Shown: positions 11,603-24,494, counted from the first letter of the stretch. The stretch: 64,000 bases of DNA from an uncultured Acidobacteriota bacterium (GCA_963698145.1 CAVOPQ010000001.1:283385-347384); one strand, 5' to 3'. Numbers and translations are program-made. The notes: generated by a model from the letters alone, not told the origin.

Positions 11603-14600
11603 TCAGAAATCCAGTCGAATACCAACCTGGATTTGCCGCTGCGCACTCAGGATGTTGCTGGAAGCCGTTGTGCTCCGGAACAGGCTCGTTGACGCGTTTG
11701 CCGTTATCGCGGGGTCCTGGAACACAAGACACGGAGCAGCTCCACTGCAAGCCACCGAGTGAACGGTTGTCGGTGTCGTTGGCGCTGTGATCGCGAACAT
11801 CTGTGCGTTAACGCCGGTCACGTTCACATGGTTGAAGAGATTGAATGCATCTCCGCTGAGCGTCAACTTCCAGGACTCCCAGACCTTAAACTCCTTCGCG
11901 ATTCGCAGGTCCACGTTGACGGTCCGCGGCAACTGAAACGAGTTCGCTCCAAGGAATGGCACGCGAGTCGTGCCGCCGTCGGCAAGCGACCCGCTTGCTC
12001 CCTGGGGGGCAACATAGGTTACGCCAGCGATTGTTTGCGAGGGTGCGCTGCCTGAGACGGCCGGGGTGAAAGGAGCACCTGAAGAAGCGCCGACAAGCGG
12101 TGAGATTGTGAACCCATTGGCCACGTATCCCAGCCATTTGCTGCCACCATGATAATAGTTTGGACTCCAGATGGCCGCGAACGAGAATCGGTCGCGGATG
12201 TCGAAATTCGAACGGCTATATTCGCCTGCCAGATCGAATGGGTTCAAAACGTTATTGGTCGCCGTAAAGGTCTGCGACGCCTGGCCGAAATCATTGGCAC
12301 GGGACCACGTGAACGAGGATTGAATCTGAAAGCTCTGGTAGAAGCGGCGATTCAAAGCAACCACCATCGCATTGTAATTGGAATTCACGGAATCGGAGAT
12401 CGAGGTGAGGGCCTGGACGGTGTTATTCGGGCGCCTCGTCCCGGTTAAGGTGTTGGGCACTCCGAAGAAGGGAACGGTCACCTTTTGTCCGTCGAAAGGA
12501 CCTCCGACGACCGTGTAGGTGGTCGTCAATGTCGGGGCAGCCAGGTTGGTGTCCACGAAACGCGGTAGGCGTCGGCCAAGGCTGCCGACATACGAGACGG
12601 AAACCACGGTATTCTTGGCGATTTCGCGCTCCACTTCCAGATCGAATTCATGGACCATCGGAAGCCTGCTATCGGCGGCAAACTGGATGATGTTTAGTCC
12701 CGGCGGCGCCGCACCAGGAGCAAGCACGTTGGGATACCGAGGTGATGTCACTGATGGCAGGATGTTGGTCGTGTTTTGCCCAGCCGGCAGCCCCGTATTA
12801 GCAATGGCGTTGAAGATAGTCGAGTTGATGATTCGACCGTAGAAGATCCCGTAGCCGCCACGTAGAATCGTTTTGCTGTTGCCCGTGATATCCCAGGCGG
12901 CGCCCACACGCGGGCCAAAGTCCCTGCGATCGTTGGGGAATGAGCTCGTCAGCGAAAACGCAGGGTTGGGAATCTGGGGAGACGGCAGTAGCTCCGTATC
13001 CCAACGCATACCCAGGCTTAGAGTCAATCGTGGGCGGATCCGCCAATCATCCTGTACAAAGAACGCCAGATCGTTCGTGTCGAAATTGAATCCTGGGGTC
13101 CCCAATCCCTGCGTAAAGCTCGTATAGCAAGGCACCGCGTTTCCTCCGGCCACGCAAAAGGGAGCGTGTGACGTGGCGTTTGCAACATAATCGCTGATCC
13201 AGTCCACGCGCGTGTTGTAGGAATATGCCCCAAACCCCGTGAAGAGATTGATCTCGCTGTCGTGGACGTGATTGATGTCAAACCCAAACTTGATCAGATG
13301 AGTGCCATGGCTCCAGGCGAAAGTATCGGCGACCTGATTGCGTCTTTCTTCCGGATACTGGGGCCGATTAAGAAAATTTGGCATGCCGAATACCCAGCCG
13401 CCCACACCATTGATCGTAATTTGCGGCGAAAAGCCTAGCGATGAAACCGGCTCACCCGTGATGGGATTCTGACCATTTTCAAACTCAAAGTCCCGGCCGT
13501 ATTGATAGCGGAGTTCATTGGTCATGGTCGAGCTGACACTGGAGATCAGCCGGGCAATACCCCAATCTTCTTTCACATAGTCATTGCCGAAGCTCTCGAT
13601 TCCTCGGTTGACCACCGCCGCCGTCTGGATCCCTTCCGGTGAATTCCAACGCAGGCGGTTATATGTGAACGACGCGTGGTGCTTGGAAGTAACATTCCAA
13701 TCAATCTTTGGGAGCAAAATCAGCTGATCTCCCCTTCGGCCAACGGTGCCGGTCAGACTCGTCTGCAATGCCAAGGCAGCGGCTACCGCAGCAGCATTTC
13801 CCGGCAATACGCCGCGCGTTGTGAGCGTTGTGGTTTCCGAAGCGCTTAGCGGAGCAAAAATCGCGCCGGGAGTGCCCGAGTTGGCCACTCGCGGGGAAGG
13901 GGCGCAATTGTTGATCCGCGCTGAAGAACCAGAAGAGCTTGTCCTTGATAATTGCGCCGCCAATTCCGCCCCCAAACTGATGCCGCTTGTCTTCCGGCAG
14001 GAAAGGCACGAGAACACCGTTGACGAGGTGTAATCTGAAACGGATTGATCGCGCCCCAATCGCTGCTTCGGTCAAACCAGAACGCCTGTCCGTGGATTTG
14101 ATTCGTTCCGCTCTTGGTCACCGCGTTGACGACGCCGCCCGCCGCACGTCCGTATTCAGCCGAATAATTGGATGTATTGACCTGGAATTCCTGAATGCTT
14201 GCCTCGCTTGTCGAGTAACTGATGCGCGTTCGGCCGCGCTCCTCACTGAAGAATGCCTGATTGTTATCCGCGCCATCCACCGTGTTGTTGTTCAGCAAGC
14301 CCGGAAATTCCGCGAAAACTCACCAGCCCGAACCCACCGTCCGGTGTCGCCCCCGGCGTCCCCAGCGCGAAGAACGACCACCGACGCCCATTCATGGGCA
14401 AATTCTCAATCGTGGTTTGGTTGATGTTGGTCGAAAAGTCAGCTCGATCGGTTGTGATCACTGGAGCTTCGGCTGTAGCCACCACGGTCTCGCTCGCTGT
14501 CGCGACATTAAGTCTGGCGTCAATTGTCGTGGTTCGCCCAACCTCTACGGTGATCCTGGTCGCCCTGAACGCAGCGAATCCGTTCGCAGAAACCTCCAGC

Positions 14601-14857
14601 GAATAAAATCCCGGCTGAAGATGGATGATCTGATACCGGCCACTTGCGTCCGTCGTTCCGCTAGATGTCCCGGCAGTGCCGAGATTGGTTGTAGTCACGT
14701 TCGCGTTCGGCACCACCGCGCCGGACTGATCCGTGACCGTGCCGCCAATTGCGCCGTCCGTAGTGGACTGCGCTCCCGCTACAGGTGTCGTCATCAGACA
14801 CACAAATAGCGCAAAAACCATACCCACAACAAATACTCCGCCTCTTGTCCTCTTCAT
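11603..14857 (-). CDS. Oar-like TonB-dependent receptor with carboxypeptidase-regulatory-like N-terminal domain, frameshifted
   Basis: IGGTVTDQSGAVVP N-terminus, QEFQVNTSNYSAEYGR, TKSGTN, FGPRVGAAWD; terminal RQIQVGIRLDF. Confidence 0.9.
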
Positions 14858-15156
14858 GGAGGAGCCTCCTTCAGGATTCAAAATGTCAGCAACAAGGGCA
14901 CCAACTGACAGAAGCAATCGCCGTTACAGAGGGGTTTCTCTGTTAGATTAGCGAGGCCGCCTTCTTCAGTCCAAACTCGTTGCTTGAACAGCTATAGGGA
15001 ATCATCCGATGGACCATGTTTCTAGCACATGAACGATTCGTAAGCAATCGGTTGCACTGCGGATATCTGAGGAAAATTCGCATGCTCCGCATCCGCTTTG
15101 CAGCATCAAACGAAACGCGCTAGTCTCCTTTTGCGAATTTTCCGAAGGAACTTACT

Positions 15157-15945
15157 GTGGACCCTAACCTACTGGTTCAAAAGCTTCTTCTCGCTGCAAG
15201 TTTGGTGCTCGCAGCTGTCGTCCCTGTCCGCGCGCAAGACAATTACGAAATCCAGGTCTACAGTTACGATCAAGTCGAGCCCCGCCACACCATGGTCGAA
15301 CTCCACAGCAATTTCACCATTGATGGCAGCAAGTCTATGGTGGACGGCCTGTATCCCACCAATCACGCCGAGCACGAAACCATCGAGATCACCCACGGTT
15401 TCACCGACTGGTTTGAAACCGGCTTCTACATCTTTACTTCGTCTCGCAGCGGTCAGGGCATCCAGTGGGTCGGTGACCACATTCGCCCGCGCTTCCGTAT
15501 CCCCAAGAAATGGAATTGGCCCGTGGGCCTCAGCCTCTCAAATGAAATCGGTTACCAGCGCCGCCAGTTCTCCGTCGACACCTGGACCTGGGAGATGCGC
15601 CCCATCATCGACAAGCAAATCGGCCGCTGGTATCTCGATTTCAATCCCACGTTCGACAAATCCTTGCACGGCCCAACCGTGAATCAAGGTTTCATCTTTT
15701 CGCCAAACGTCAAAATCAGCTACGACTTTACGAAGAAAATTACAGGGGGAATTGAATACTACGGCTCCTTGGGGCCCGCCACCGACTTTTCTCCCATCAG
15801 CCAGCAGGAGCACCAGATTTTTCCCGCCATCGACCTGAATTTCTCGCCAAACTGGGAGGTAAACTTCGGTCTCGGCGTCGGCCTGACCCGCTCCACCGAC
15901 CATCTGATCGCTAAAATGATTCTCGGCTACCGCTTCGACTTTTGA
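15157..15945 (+). CDS. Conserved hypothetical outer-membrane beta-barrel-like protein
   Basis: Signal peptide, amphipathic strands, C-terminal aromatic end GYRFDF. Confidence 0.6.
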   Translation: MDPNLLVQKLLLAASLVLAAVVPVRAQDNYEIQVYSYDQVEPRHTMVELHSNFTIDGSKSMVDGLYPTNHAEHETIEITHGFTDWFETGFYIFTSSRSGQGIQWVGDHIRPRFRIPKKWNWPVGLSLSNEIGYQRRQFSVDTWTWEMRPIIDKQIGRWYLDFNPTFDKSLHGPTVNQGFIFSPNVKISYDFTKKITGGIEYYGSLGPATDFSPISQQEHQIFPAIDLNFSPNWEVNFGLGVGLTRSTDHLIAKMILGYRFDF

Positions 15946-15971
15946 CCTTCCGCGAGAATTGTCCCGAACGA

Positions 15972-16780
15972 TTACAGCCGGCTTTTGCAGGAACTCTCTC
16001 GCAATCGCGTTGCACTCTTCAAACGCCGCCTCTTCGCTGTGCGGACTATGCTTTCCGTTTCCGACGAATCTCATCGTTGCCTGAGGCAGTGTCTCTGCGA
16101 ACGAGTTCCATTTCACCCGGCTCGGTTCGCGGATCAAGACTTCCGTGCAGAAACAGCGTAGGTACCTTTAGCTCGCCAAGGCTGCCGCCGTACAAATCCT
16201 CATCGGGCCGCTGGACCAGATCGGCTAGCTGAAACCACGCACTGCAATTCCGGCGTAATACTTCCGGCCACTGCGTCTCCCCGTGGTCTTGCTTGAGCAG
16301 ATTTTTCGTTTCCTCCCCGAGATCTTCCGGACGCGCTGCGAATCGCTCGAAGAAAAACGCGACCCCGGCTTTCTCCGAAGAAAATGGAAGGCTTCCAGGA
16401 TTAGCCGCTCGCAGCGCTCCGGCGCCGCCAGCCCCGCCATTGCCCCGATCACGGCTCCATCGCTGTGACCCCAGAGGGCTGCCTGCTCGATCCCGAGTGC
16501 ATCCAGAAATTGCATCGTTTCCGCTAGCCGCCCGGCGGTGAAAATCAAGTGGCATCTCGCCCGAGACTCGCGTCGAGTGCCCGTACCCGGAGCGGTCGGG
16601 GATCAGGATCCGAAACTCGTTCTTAAATGCCTCAATCTGCCGGTCGAATGGATACACCCCGTAGCCCCATCCCCCATGTAGAAAAACCAGAGGATGCCCG
16701 CTTCCAACCTCGCGGTAGTAAATTGTTACGGGATTGAGATCACCTGCGTGCGGAGAATGAGGCAGTTCGAGAATTGGCAC
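15972..16780 (-). CDS. Alpha/beta-fold hydrolase, frameshifted; 3' end approximate
   Basis: VFLHGGWG, PDRSGYGHS, GHSDG nucleophile elbow (ORF 16225..16548), GKHSPH. Confidence 0.8.
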
Positions 16781-16972
16781 CTAATTTTGCCTCTCCAATG
16801 AAGGGCCCAGGTAGCCGCGCTGTTTCGATGCTCTTGCGACGAGAATCACGCACTGTACATTACGTCAAAAAATTTTCCGACTCAACGCGCCTCGGACAAC
16901 AACACCGCGCTTGCCGCCTTGTGCGCGTAAAACATGACAGCCTCCACCATCGATTGATCCTTGCCTGGAAAT

Positions 16973-17011
16973 AAAAACGGCTGGCAGCACACGCTGCCAG
17001 CCGTTCGTTTT
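16973..17011. terminator. Intrinsic terminator, possibly bidirectional
   Basis: 13-bp stem AACGGCTGGCAGC / GCTGCCAGCCGTT with flanking A and T runs. Confidence 0.75.
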
Positions 17012-17034
17012 CTCAACTGGAGAATCTAGTTCAG

Positions 17035-17620
17035 TTATCTGTGGCCCCCACCATGGCCACCGCCATGGGAACCTCCACCGCCACCGCCGCCGCCGTGGAA
17101 CCCGCCTCCACCACCTCCGTGGAATCCACCGCCGCTGCTACGTCCGCTACTGAAGCCGCTGCGTCCGCCGCTGAAGCCACCGCGTCCGCTGCTGAAGCCA
17201 CTGCGTCCGCCGCTGAAGCCGCCGCGTCCGCCGCTGAAGCCGCCGCGTCCGCCGCTGAAGCCGCCGCGTCCGCTGCTGAAGCCACCGCGTCCGCCGTTGA
17301 AGCCGCGCCCATAATACCCACCGCGCCCGTAGTAACCCCCGGCCCCAATAGCCGCCCCGAGTAAAAGCCATGGAACCATGGCCCGGCCCCAATAAAGAGC
17401 GCCGCTCTACGAACCAGTCTGGTCCATAGAAGCCGTAAGGCGCGCAAGCATAGGGATCGTACGAGTAATAACCATAGGTGCAGACAGGTGGAGCATAATC
17501 GTAGCCATAGTAACCAGGGCCACATCCGACCCCAACTCCAACTCTAACCTGTGCTCGCGACGGCGCTGCGGCTACAAAACCGAGAACCGCCAACAACGCA
17601 AGATATTTCAGATAACGCAT
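17035..17620 (-). CDS. Secreted Tyr/Gly-rich low-complexity protein, frameshifted
   Basis: Signal peptide MRYLKYLALLAVLGFVAAAPSRA, Tyr/Gly/Pro segment with Cys residues, GGRGGFS repeats. Confidence 0.75.
17141..17308. repeat. Tandem 21-bp repeat, 8 copies, coding
   Basis: Consensus CGTCCGCCGCTGAAGCCGCCG, contiguous with no spacers; encodes GGFS(G/S)GR on the minus strand. Confidence 0.95.
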
Positions 17621-17877
17621 GGTCTTGTCCTCCGCTAGATCCCAATTACCACATCCAACCGGCCATCGGATCTAAGTGCTTTCCGGTGTCTCACTCACTC
17701 TGAAGCACCTACATACTCAAACTCCAAAACAGAACAAAAGTTGTGGTCAACCCTCCGCTGACCGCTCGCAGCTCCCGCCCTAACCATCGGTCGAATTCCC
17801 AGAATAGTACCTTAGTCCCCTGCCGCGAGGCTTACATCCGTAAGCGAACCCCGGCAGCCCAAATTTCGCCTTTTTCC

Positions 17878-17906
17878 TTGACAAATAGTAGCTTTTCGCA
17901 TACTAT
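17878..17906 (+). promoter_or_regulatory. Sigma70 promoter in module A
   Basis: TTGACA-17bp-TACTAT. Confidence 0.75.
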
Positions 17907-17936
17907 AATTTCTGAGTAATTTTGCGCCTCGCGTTC

Positions 17937-17970
17937 GTAGCGCCAGCATTTCTGCTGGCGTTTTTGCTTT
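17937..17970 (+). terminator. GTAG-led REP-like hairpin / intrinsic terminator in module A
   Basis: GTAG CGCCAGCA-tttc-TGCTGGCG TTTTTGCTTT. Confidence 0.75.
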
Positions 17971-18314
17971 CTCAGGCCGATTGCGACCGCCCATTTGCGC
18001 GCCTCCCTAACGCGGCGCAGCACATTTTGCACAATTTCGGTGCAGCTTTAAGCTTAATAGAATCAACACTTGCAAGTTTGGCCGCAAGTGTTGATTCTAA
18101 ACGACTTGGGATTTAGCTAAATTCTTTAGAATCAATACTTACAAAAAACATGGGGGGGGAGGGGTCATTATTGTTAACTAGACATGGTTCAACTCTTGTC
18201 TCTCGACGACCGAGTCGGCTGTCACGCCAACGATGCGCACACCGTGCTCGACCACAAACAATTTGGCCTTTCCACCTGCTCGCGCACAAACTTCGGGATG
18301 GATGCGTTCCTACG

Positions 18315-18344
18315 TTGACCGCTTGCCCGCTTCACACATATAAT
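18315..18344 (+). promoter_or_regulatory. Putative sigma70 promoter of rplU-rpmA
   Basis: TTGACC-18bp-TATAAT about 30 bp before the rplU ATG. Confidence 0.6.
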
Positions 18345-18374
18345 TAGCGTTTGTCTTTACAGCTTGGAGGGCAG

Positions 18375-18687
18375 ATGTACGCCGTTATTCAAACCGGGGG
18401 AAAGCAGTATCGTGTCGCACCGGGCGACACCATTCGCATCGAGCGGGTCACGGGCGAAGTCGGTGAAAAGGTGACTTTCGGCAAGGTTCTCGCCGTCCAC
18501 ACCGGGGGAAAAGAAGGTCCTCTTGGGCGACGACGCTTCCAAAGCCAGCGTGAGCGGAAAGATCGTCGCGCAGGGCCGCGCCAAAAAAATCACCGTGCTC
18601 AAGTTCAAGAAGGGCAATCAATACAAGATTTCTCGCGGCCACCGGCAGAATTTCACGGCCGTCGAAGTCAGCGAAATCAAGCTGTAG
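18375..18687 (+). CDS. rplU: 50S ribosomal protein L21, frameshift near 18520
   Basis: [14 protein letters not shown] start; alternate frame ends KITVLKFK...[16 protein letters not shown]. Confidence 0.95.
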
Positions 18688-18761
18688 TCTCTTTCAAGCC
18701 AAGGGTTTCTCTTCCTTCGGTTTTCAGAGAAAAAGTCTCTCAAGAAAAAAGGAAATTCGTC

Positions 18762-19100
18762 ATGGCACATAAGAAAGGCGGCGGCTCCTCTACAAACGGC
18801 CGCGATTCTCACGGACAAAGGCTGGGCGTAAAGCGCTTCGGCGGCCAGCTCGTCAACGCAGGCACGATTCTCGTGCGCCAGCGCGGCACGCGCCACCAGG
18901 CCGGCGAAAACGTCGGCCAGGGCAAGGACGACACGCTCTTCGCTCTCGTCACTGGCATCGTGAAGTTCACGGACAGCGGCAGGCATGGCCGCTTCATCAG
19001 CGTCCAGCCCGCCGGTCAAACCGAGTCCGCGCCAACTAATCGTTCGTGTTCCTCGGTGAATTTTCCGTCCGGTCAGTTTCTTGTGCCGTCCGGTTTCTAA
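18762..19100 (+). CDS. rpmA: 50S ribosomal protein L27; true stop probably near 19039
   Basis: [16 protein letters not shown]...LGVKRFGGQ...VRQRGT. Confidence 0.97.
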   Translation: MAHKKGGGSSTNGRDSHGQRLGVKRFGGQLVNAGTILVRQRGTRHQAGENVGQGKDDTLFALVTGIVKFTDSGRHGRFISVQPAGQTESAPTNRSCSSVNFPSGQFLVPSGF

Positions 19101-19116
19101 CGGACGGCATTTTTTT
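19084..19116 (+). terminator. Intrinsic terminator after rpmA
   Basis: TGCCGTCCG / CGGACGGCA stem followed by a T run. Confidence 0.8.
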
Positions 19117-19125
19117 CTGGCGTGC

Positions 19126-20097
19126 TCACTCTGCGGAGACGCAGCTCAACGGACCGTCGGCAAAGAATTTCTTGTAGGCGCTCCGCCCGTGAGCGGGAAT
19201 AATCGCGAGTTGCGGCAGTTTTTCGTGCAGATCGCTGAGCCGGGCCACCACTTGATTGGCGAGTGCCTCGTCATTGTCGCTGTCCCGGAGGATGAGCGAT
19301 TTGCCGGCGCGCTCTTCCACTCCGCGCTCGTCATCGACTGCATCGCCTACATAAAACAGGCGGAGCTTAGAGGACAGATTTACAAAAATGCCCACACTTC
19401 CGGGCGTATGTCCGCGCAGCGGCACGACAACCACCGATCCGTCGCGGTATAGGTCGGCGCTCTCGTCGAATGTTTCGTAAGGCTCGGGCGAAAAACGCAG
19501 CGAAGGCGTGCCGGGCGCTGGGAATTTTTTTACATGCGCGGCAATGACGTAACCCTTTGCTTGCACACTTGGGTCATTTGCGAATCGCAATTCTTCTTGC
19601 GAAAGAAGCACGGGAACAGAGGGCAAGTCCATCAGCCCGCCGGAATGATCCAGATGCGCGTGAGAAAGTATCACCCAACGCAGATTCTTTGGGTCTTCTT
19701 TCACGCGGCGCAGCAATTCCGGGAGTGGAACAGGGGGCTTCAACTGCCCGGCTAGAAACTTGAGCTTCAACCAGGTTCCGAAAGGATAGCCGCGAATCTC
19801 TTCATCGAAATGGCTCGAATTGCCAGTATCGATCAGCAAATCGCCCGCTGGGTGGCGCACAAGAACGCTTCCCGCCGTGGAGCCGAAGGAATACTTGCTG
19901 AAAGTCTTGCCAGTCTCGATCCAGCAAGCGGAGAGACCGGGCAACGATGAAATGGCTCGCGTGACACGCGCATGCGGTGCAACAGCCGGCAGCGGAGTTC
20001 GCCGGAAGTAGACAACATAAAGGAGCGCACTGAGCCCCGCAACAGTGATTACGAAGAGCAGCATCAGCCGCTTCAGCCAGTTGCTTATGGCAAACAT
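19126..20097 (-). CDS. Membrane-anchored MBL-fold hydrolase, AHL-lactonase-like
   Basis: N-terminal TM helix, LIDTG, SHAHLDHSGG (HxHxDH), GHTPG, GDA, PAH. Confidence 0.85.
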   Translation of the reverse strand: MFAISNWLKRLMLLFVITVAGLSALLYVVYFRRTPLPAVAPHARVTRAISSLPGLSACWIETGKTFSKYSFGSTAGSVLVRHPAGDLLIDTGNSSHFDEEIRGYPFGTWLKLKFLAGQLKPPVPLPELLRRVKEDPKNLRWVILSHAHLDHSGGLMDLPSVPVLLSQEELRFANDPSVQAKGYVIAAHVKKFPAPGTPSLRFSPEPYETFDESADLYRDGSVVVVPLRGHTPGSVGIFVNLSSKLRLFYVGDAVDDERGVEERAGKSLILRDSDNDEALANQVVARLSDLHEKLPQLAIIPAHGRSAYKKFFADGPLSCVSAE

Positions 20098-20281
20098 GGT
20101 TTTCGAGGGTTAGCCCTTCCTACCCGGAGTCCCGAGATCGATGGACATCGGAAACGGTGCAGCTTTCATTTGGTGGGGTTTTCACGAGTCACAAGTCACC
20201 GGTCACTCGGCGCCTCGCTCCACCAAAGTCGGAATTCGGCGGTCTGCGGTATCGATGGTGAGCTTATGCTATCGTTTTTAG

Positions 20282-21454
<1,173 letters not shown>

Positions 21455-21488
21455 GAAAATTAACTACAGCTACCTCTCGGGAGGCGCA

Positions 21489-22210
21489 TTGACCACAGCG
21501 CAGGCGCATCGCACCGCCGCAAAGCATCACCCGCGTCGCATCGCGCTGTTTGGCGGCTCCTTCGATCCCATTCACAATGGCCACCTCGCCGTGGCCCGTG
21601 CCGCCGACCGCCGCTTCAATTTCGACGAAATCCATTTCATTCCCGCAAGCCGCCCGCCGCACAAACTCAAGCAGCACCTGGCTCCCTTCCCGCACCGTTT
21701 CGCCATGCTCTCTCTTGCTTGCGCCGAGCATCCGCATTTCGTTCCTTCGCTCGCGGAAGCCGGCGAAGACTTCAGCGGCACGCAGCTCCACTATTCCGTG
21801 GACACCGTGCGCTACTTCCGCCACGCCTATAACAGCCACGGCGACCGCATCTACTTCATCATCGGCGCCGACGCTTTTCTCGACATTCCCGTTTGGAAGG
21901 AATACGAAACGCTTCTCGGTCTTTGCGATTTCATCGTCGCGAACCGCCCGGGTATTCGCGCGGAAGCCCTGCGGCTGGTCATTCCGCCGGATCTGATCGC
22001 GCCGCCGCGACGCGAAGAAAGATGCTGAAACGCCGGCCTCGCAAGTGGTCGCGCATCTTCAGACGACCAGCCGTTTATCTTCTCGACTCTGTCTCCAGCG
22101 AAGTTTCCGCCACGGATATCCGCCGCCGCGCGAACCGCGGCCAGTCCATTCATGGGCTTGTCTCCGTGCGCGTCGAGGAATACATTCTTAAACAAGGCCT
22201 ATACCGGTGA
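21489..22210 (+). CDS. nadD: Nicotinate-nucleotide adenylyltransferase, frameshift near 22000
   Basis: FGGSFDPIHNGH, IIGADAF, VSATDIR. Confidence 0.93.
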
Positions 22211-22629
22211 AATTCGACTCTTTGCCACAAGGCGTCCGCCTGGCTGTCGAGGCGGCGCAAAACAAGAAAGCTTCCGGAATCACCGTTCTCGACCTCAGCG
22301 GCGTCGGCGCCTTCACGGACTATTTCGTGATCTGCACCGGCTTTCAGCACGCCGCAGGTGCAGGCCATCTGCAGCGAAGTCGAGGACCAGCTCGAAAAGC
22401 ATCTTCAGCGCTCGCCGAAACACCGCGAGGGGCGCAGCTCCGCGGAATGGGCTCTGATCGATTTCGGCGGCTTCATCGTGCACGTTTTCAGCGAGCAAGC
22501 GCGGCGTTATTACGACCTGGAACGCCTCTGGCGCACTTCGCCAAAGCTCGAGATTCCCGACGAAACCGGCGCAGCCGCGCCAAACCTTTCTTTCGGCGAG
22601 CCGCAAGCAGCCGGAGAAGCCTATTCCAA

Positions 22630-22633
<4 letters not shown>
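22207..22633 (+). CDS. rsfS: Ribosome silencing factor, frameshifted
   Basis: KKASGITVLDL, TDYFVICTG, WALIDFG, VHVFS, YYDLERLW. Confidence 0.93.
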
Positions 22634-23567
<934 letters not shown>

Positions 23568-23571
<4 letters not shown>

Positions 23572-23997
23572 AAATCCGCCTGCTCATGCTCGGCAAAACG
23601 CGCCGTGCGGAGATGCGCGCGGTGATCGACGATTACGTGAAGCGCATCGGCCGCCACGCGCCAATCGAAGTCACGGAGGTCCGCGACGGCGAAGCTGCGA
23701 TCAAGAAGCTCGACGCGGATCGCGCCGCCACGGCAGTGCTTCTGGACGCACTCGGAAAAAATTCTGGATTCCAACGCTTTTGCAAAATGGCTTGGCGAAC
23801 TCCGCGATCGCGGAACACGAGAGCTTATTTTCGTCTGCGGCGACGCCGATGGTTTTCCCGCTGCCCTGCGCGAGCGGGTTCCACAAAAAATCTCTCTCAG
23901 CGCCATGACCTTCTCTCACGAGCTCGCGCGCGCCATGCTTGCCGAGCAGCTCTACCGCGCCTTCGCCATCCTCTCCGGAAGCCCCTACCCGAAATAG
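23568..23997 (+). CDS. rlmH: 23S rRNA pseudouridine-1915 N3-methyltransferase, frameshifted
   Basis: MKIRLLMLGK start; alternate frame SLSAMTFSHELARAMLAEQLYRAFAILSGSPYPK. Confidence 0.9.
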
Positions 23998-24045
23998 CGG
24001 CTCTGGTGTAAAACCTTAGGACCATGTCGATCCGCATAATTCCAG

Positions 24046-24468
24046 ATGAGGACCAGCCTTCCGCGGCAATTGAGATTTCTCTTGGAAAAACCGCTGCCCG
24101 ATTACGATTTGCTCCAGCTCGACCAGCCCACCCCTCGCGACGTTGACGCCATTCTCGTTTCGCAGGGCTTTCGCGATCTTGTGGATGACTCCCGCGGCGT
24201 TTTGATGGACCTGCTTGCCCACCCTCCATTCCAGGCCAACTCTCCCGAACACGCGAATCTGGATTTCACCCATTCCACCCCGCTCGCACTCGAACTCACG
24301 CAACTTACCGGCGCCATCTGCCCCGGTGACGACGAGGTTTACCGCCCCGGCTTGTGGATCGTCTTGCGCGATCCGCACGCCAAGCCAAAAACAACGCTTC
24401 CCTGCGCAACCCAGGAACGGATCACCGCGATCGCCACAGAATTAGGGAAGCGCCTCGGACTTTCCTGA
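24046..24468 (+). CDS. Hypothetical protein
   Basis: 140-aa ORF co-oriented with the operon; no recognised motif. Confidence 0.6.
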   Translation: MRTSLPRQLRFLLEKPLPDYDLLQLDQPTPRDVDAILVSQGFRDLVDDSRGVLMDLLAHPPFQANSPEHANLDFTHSTPLALELTQLTGAICPGDDEVYRPGLWIVLRDPHAKPKTTLPCATQERITAIATELGKRLGLS

Positions 24469-24494
24469 TCTGCCATGCGGCGATTTTTTTTCGC

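Larger units (their letters stand above)
17870..18178 (+). repeat. Dispersed non-coding module, copy A
   Basis: Collinear with 53747..54027: TTGACA promoter, GTAG hairpin, TGCACAATTT, three 24-bp units, A-run then G-tract. Confidence 0.85.

Noticed and set aside
17141-17308. CRISPR array
   Set aside because: Contiguous in-frame coding repeats with no spacers and no cas genes
18049-18141. dif site for XerC/D
   Set aside because: Lacks the 11-6-11 layout and the TTATGTTAAA XerD arm, and occurs in several copies
18351-19100. Apparent L21-L27 fusion ORF
   Set aside because: An indel in rplU reads through into rpmA; the L21 C-terminus is in another frame
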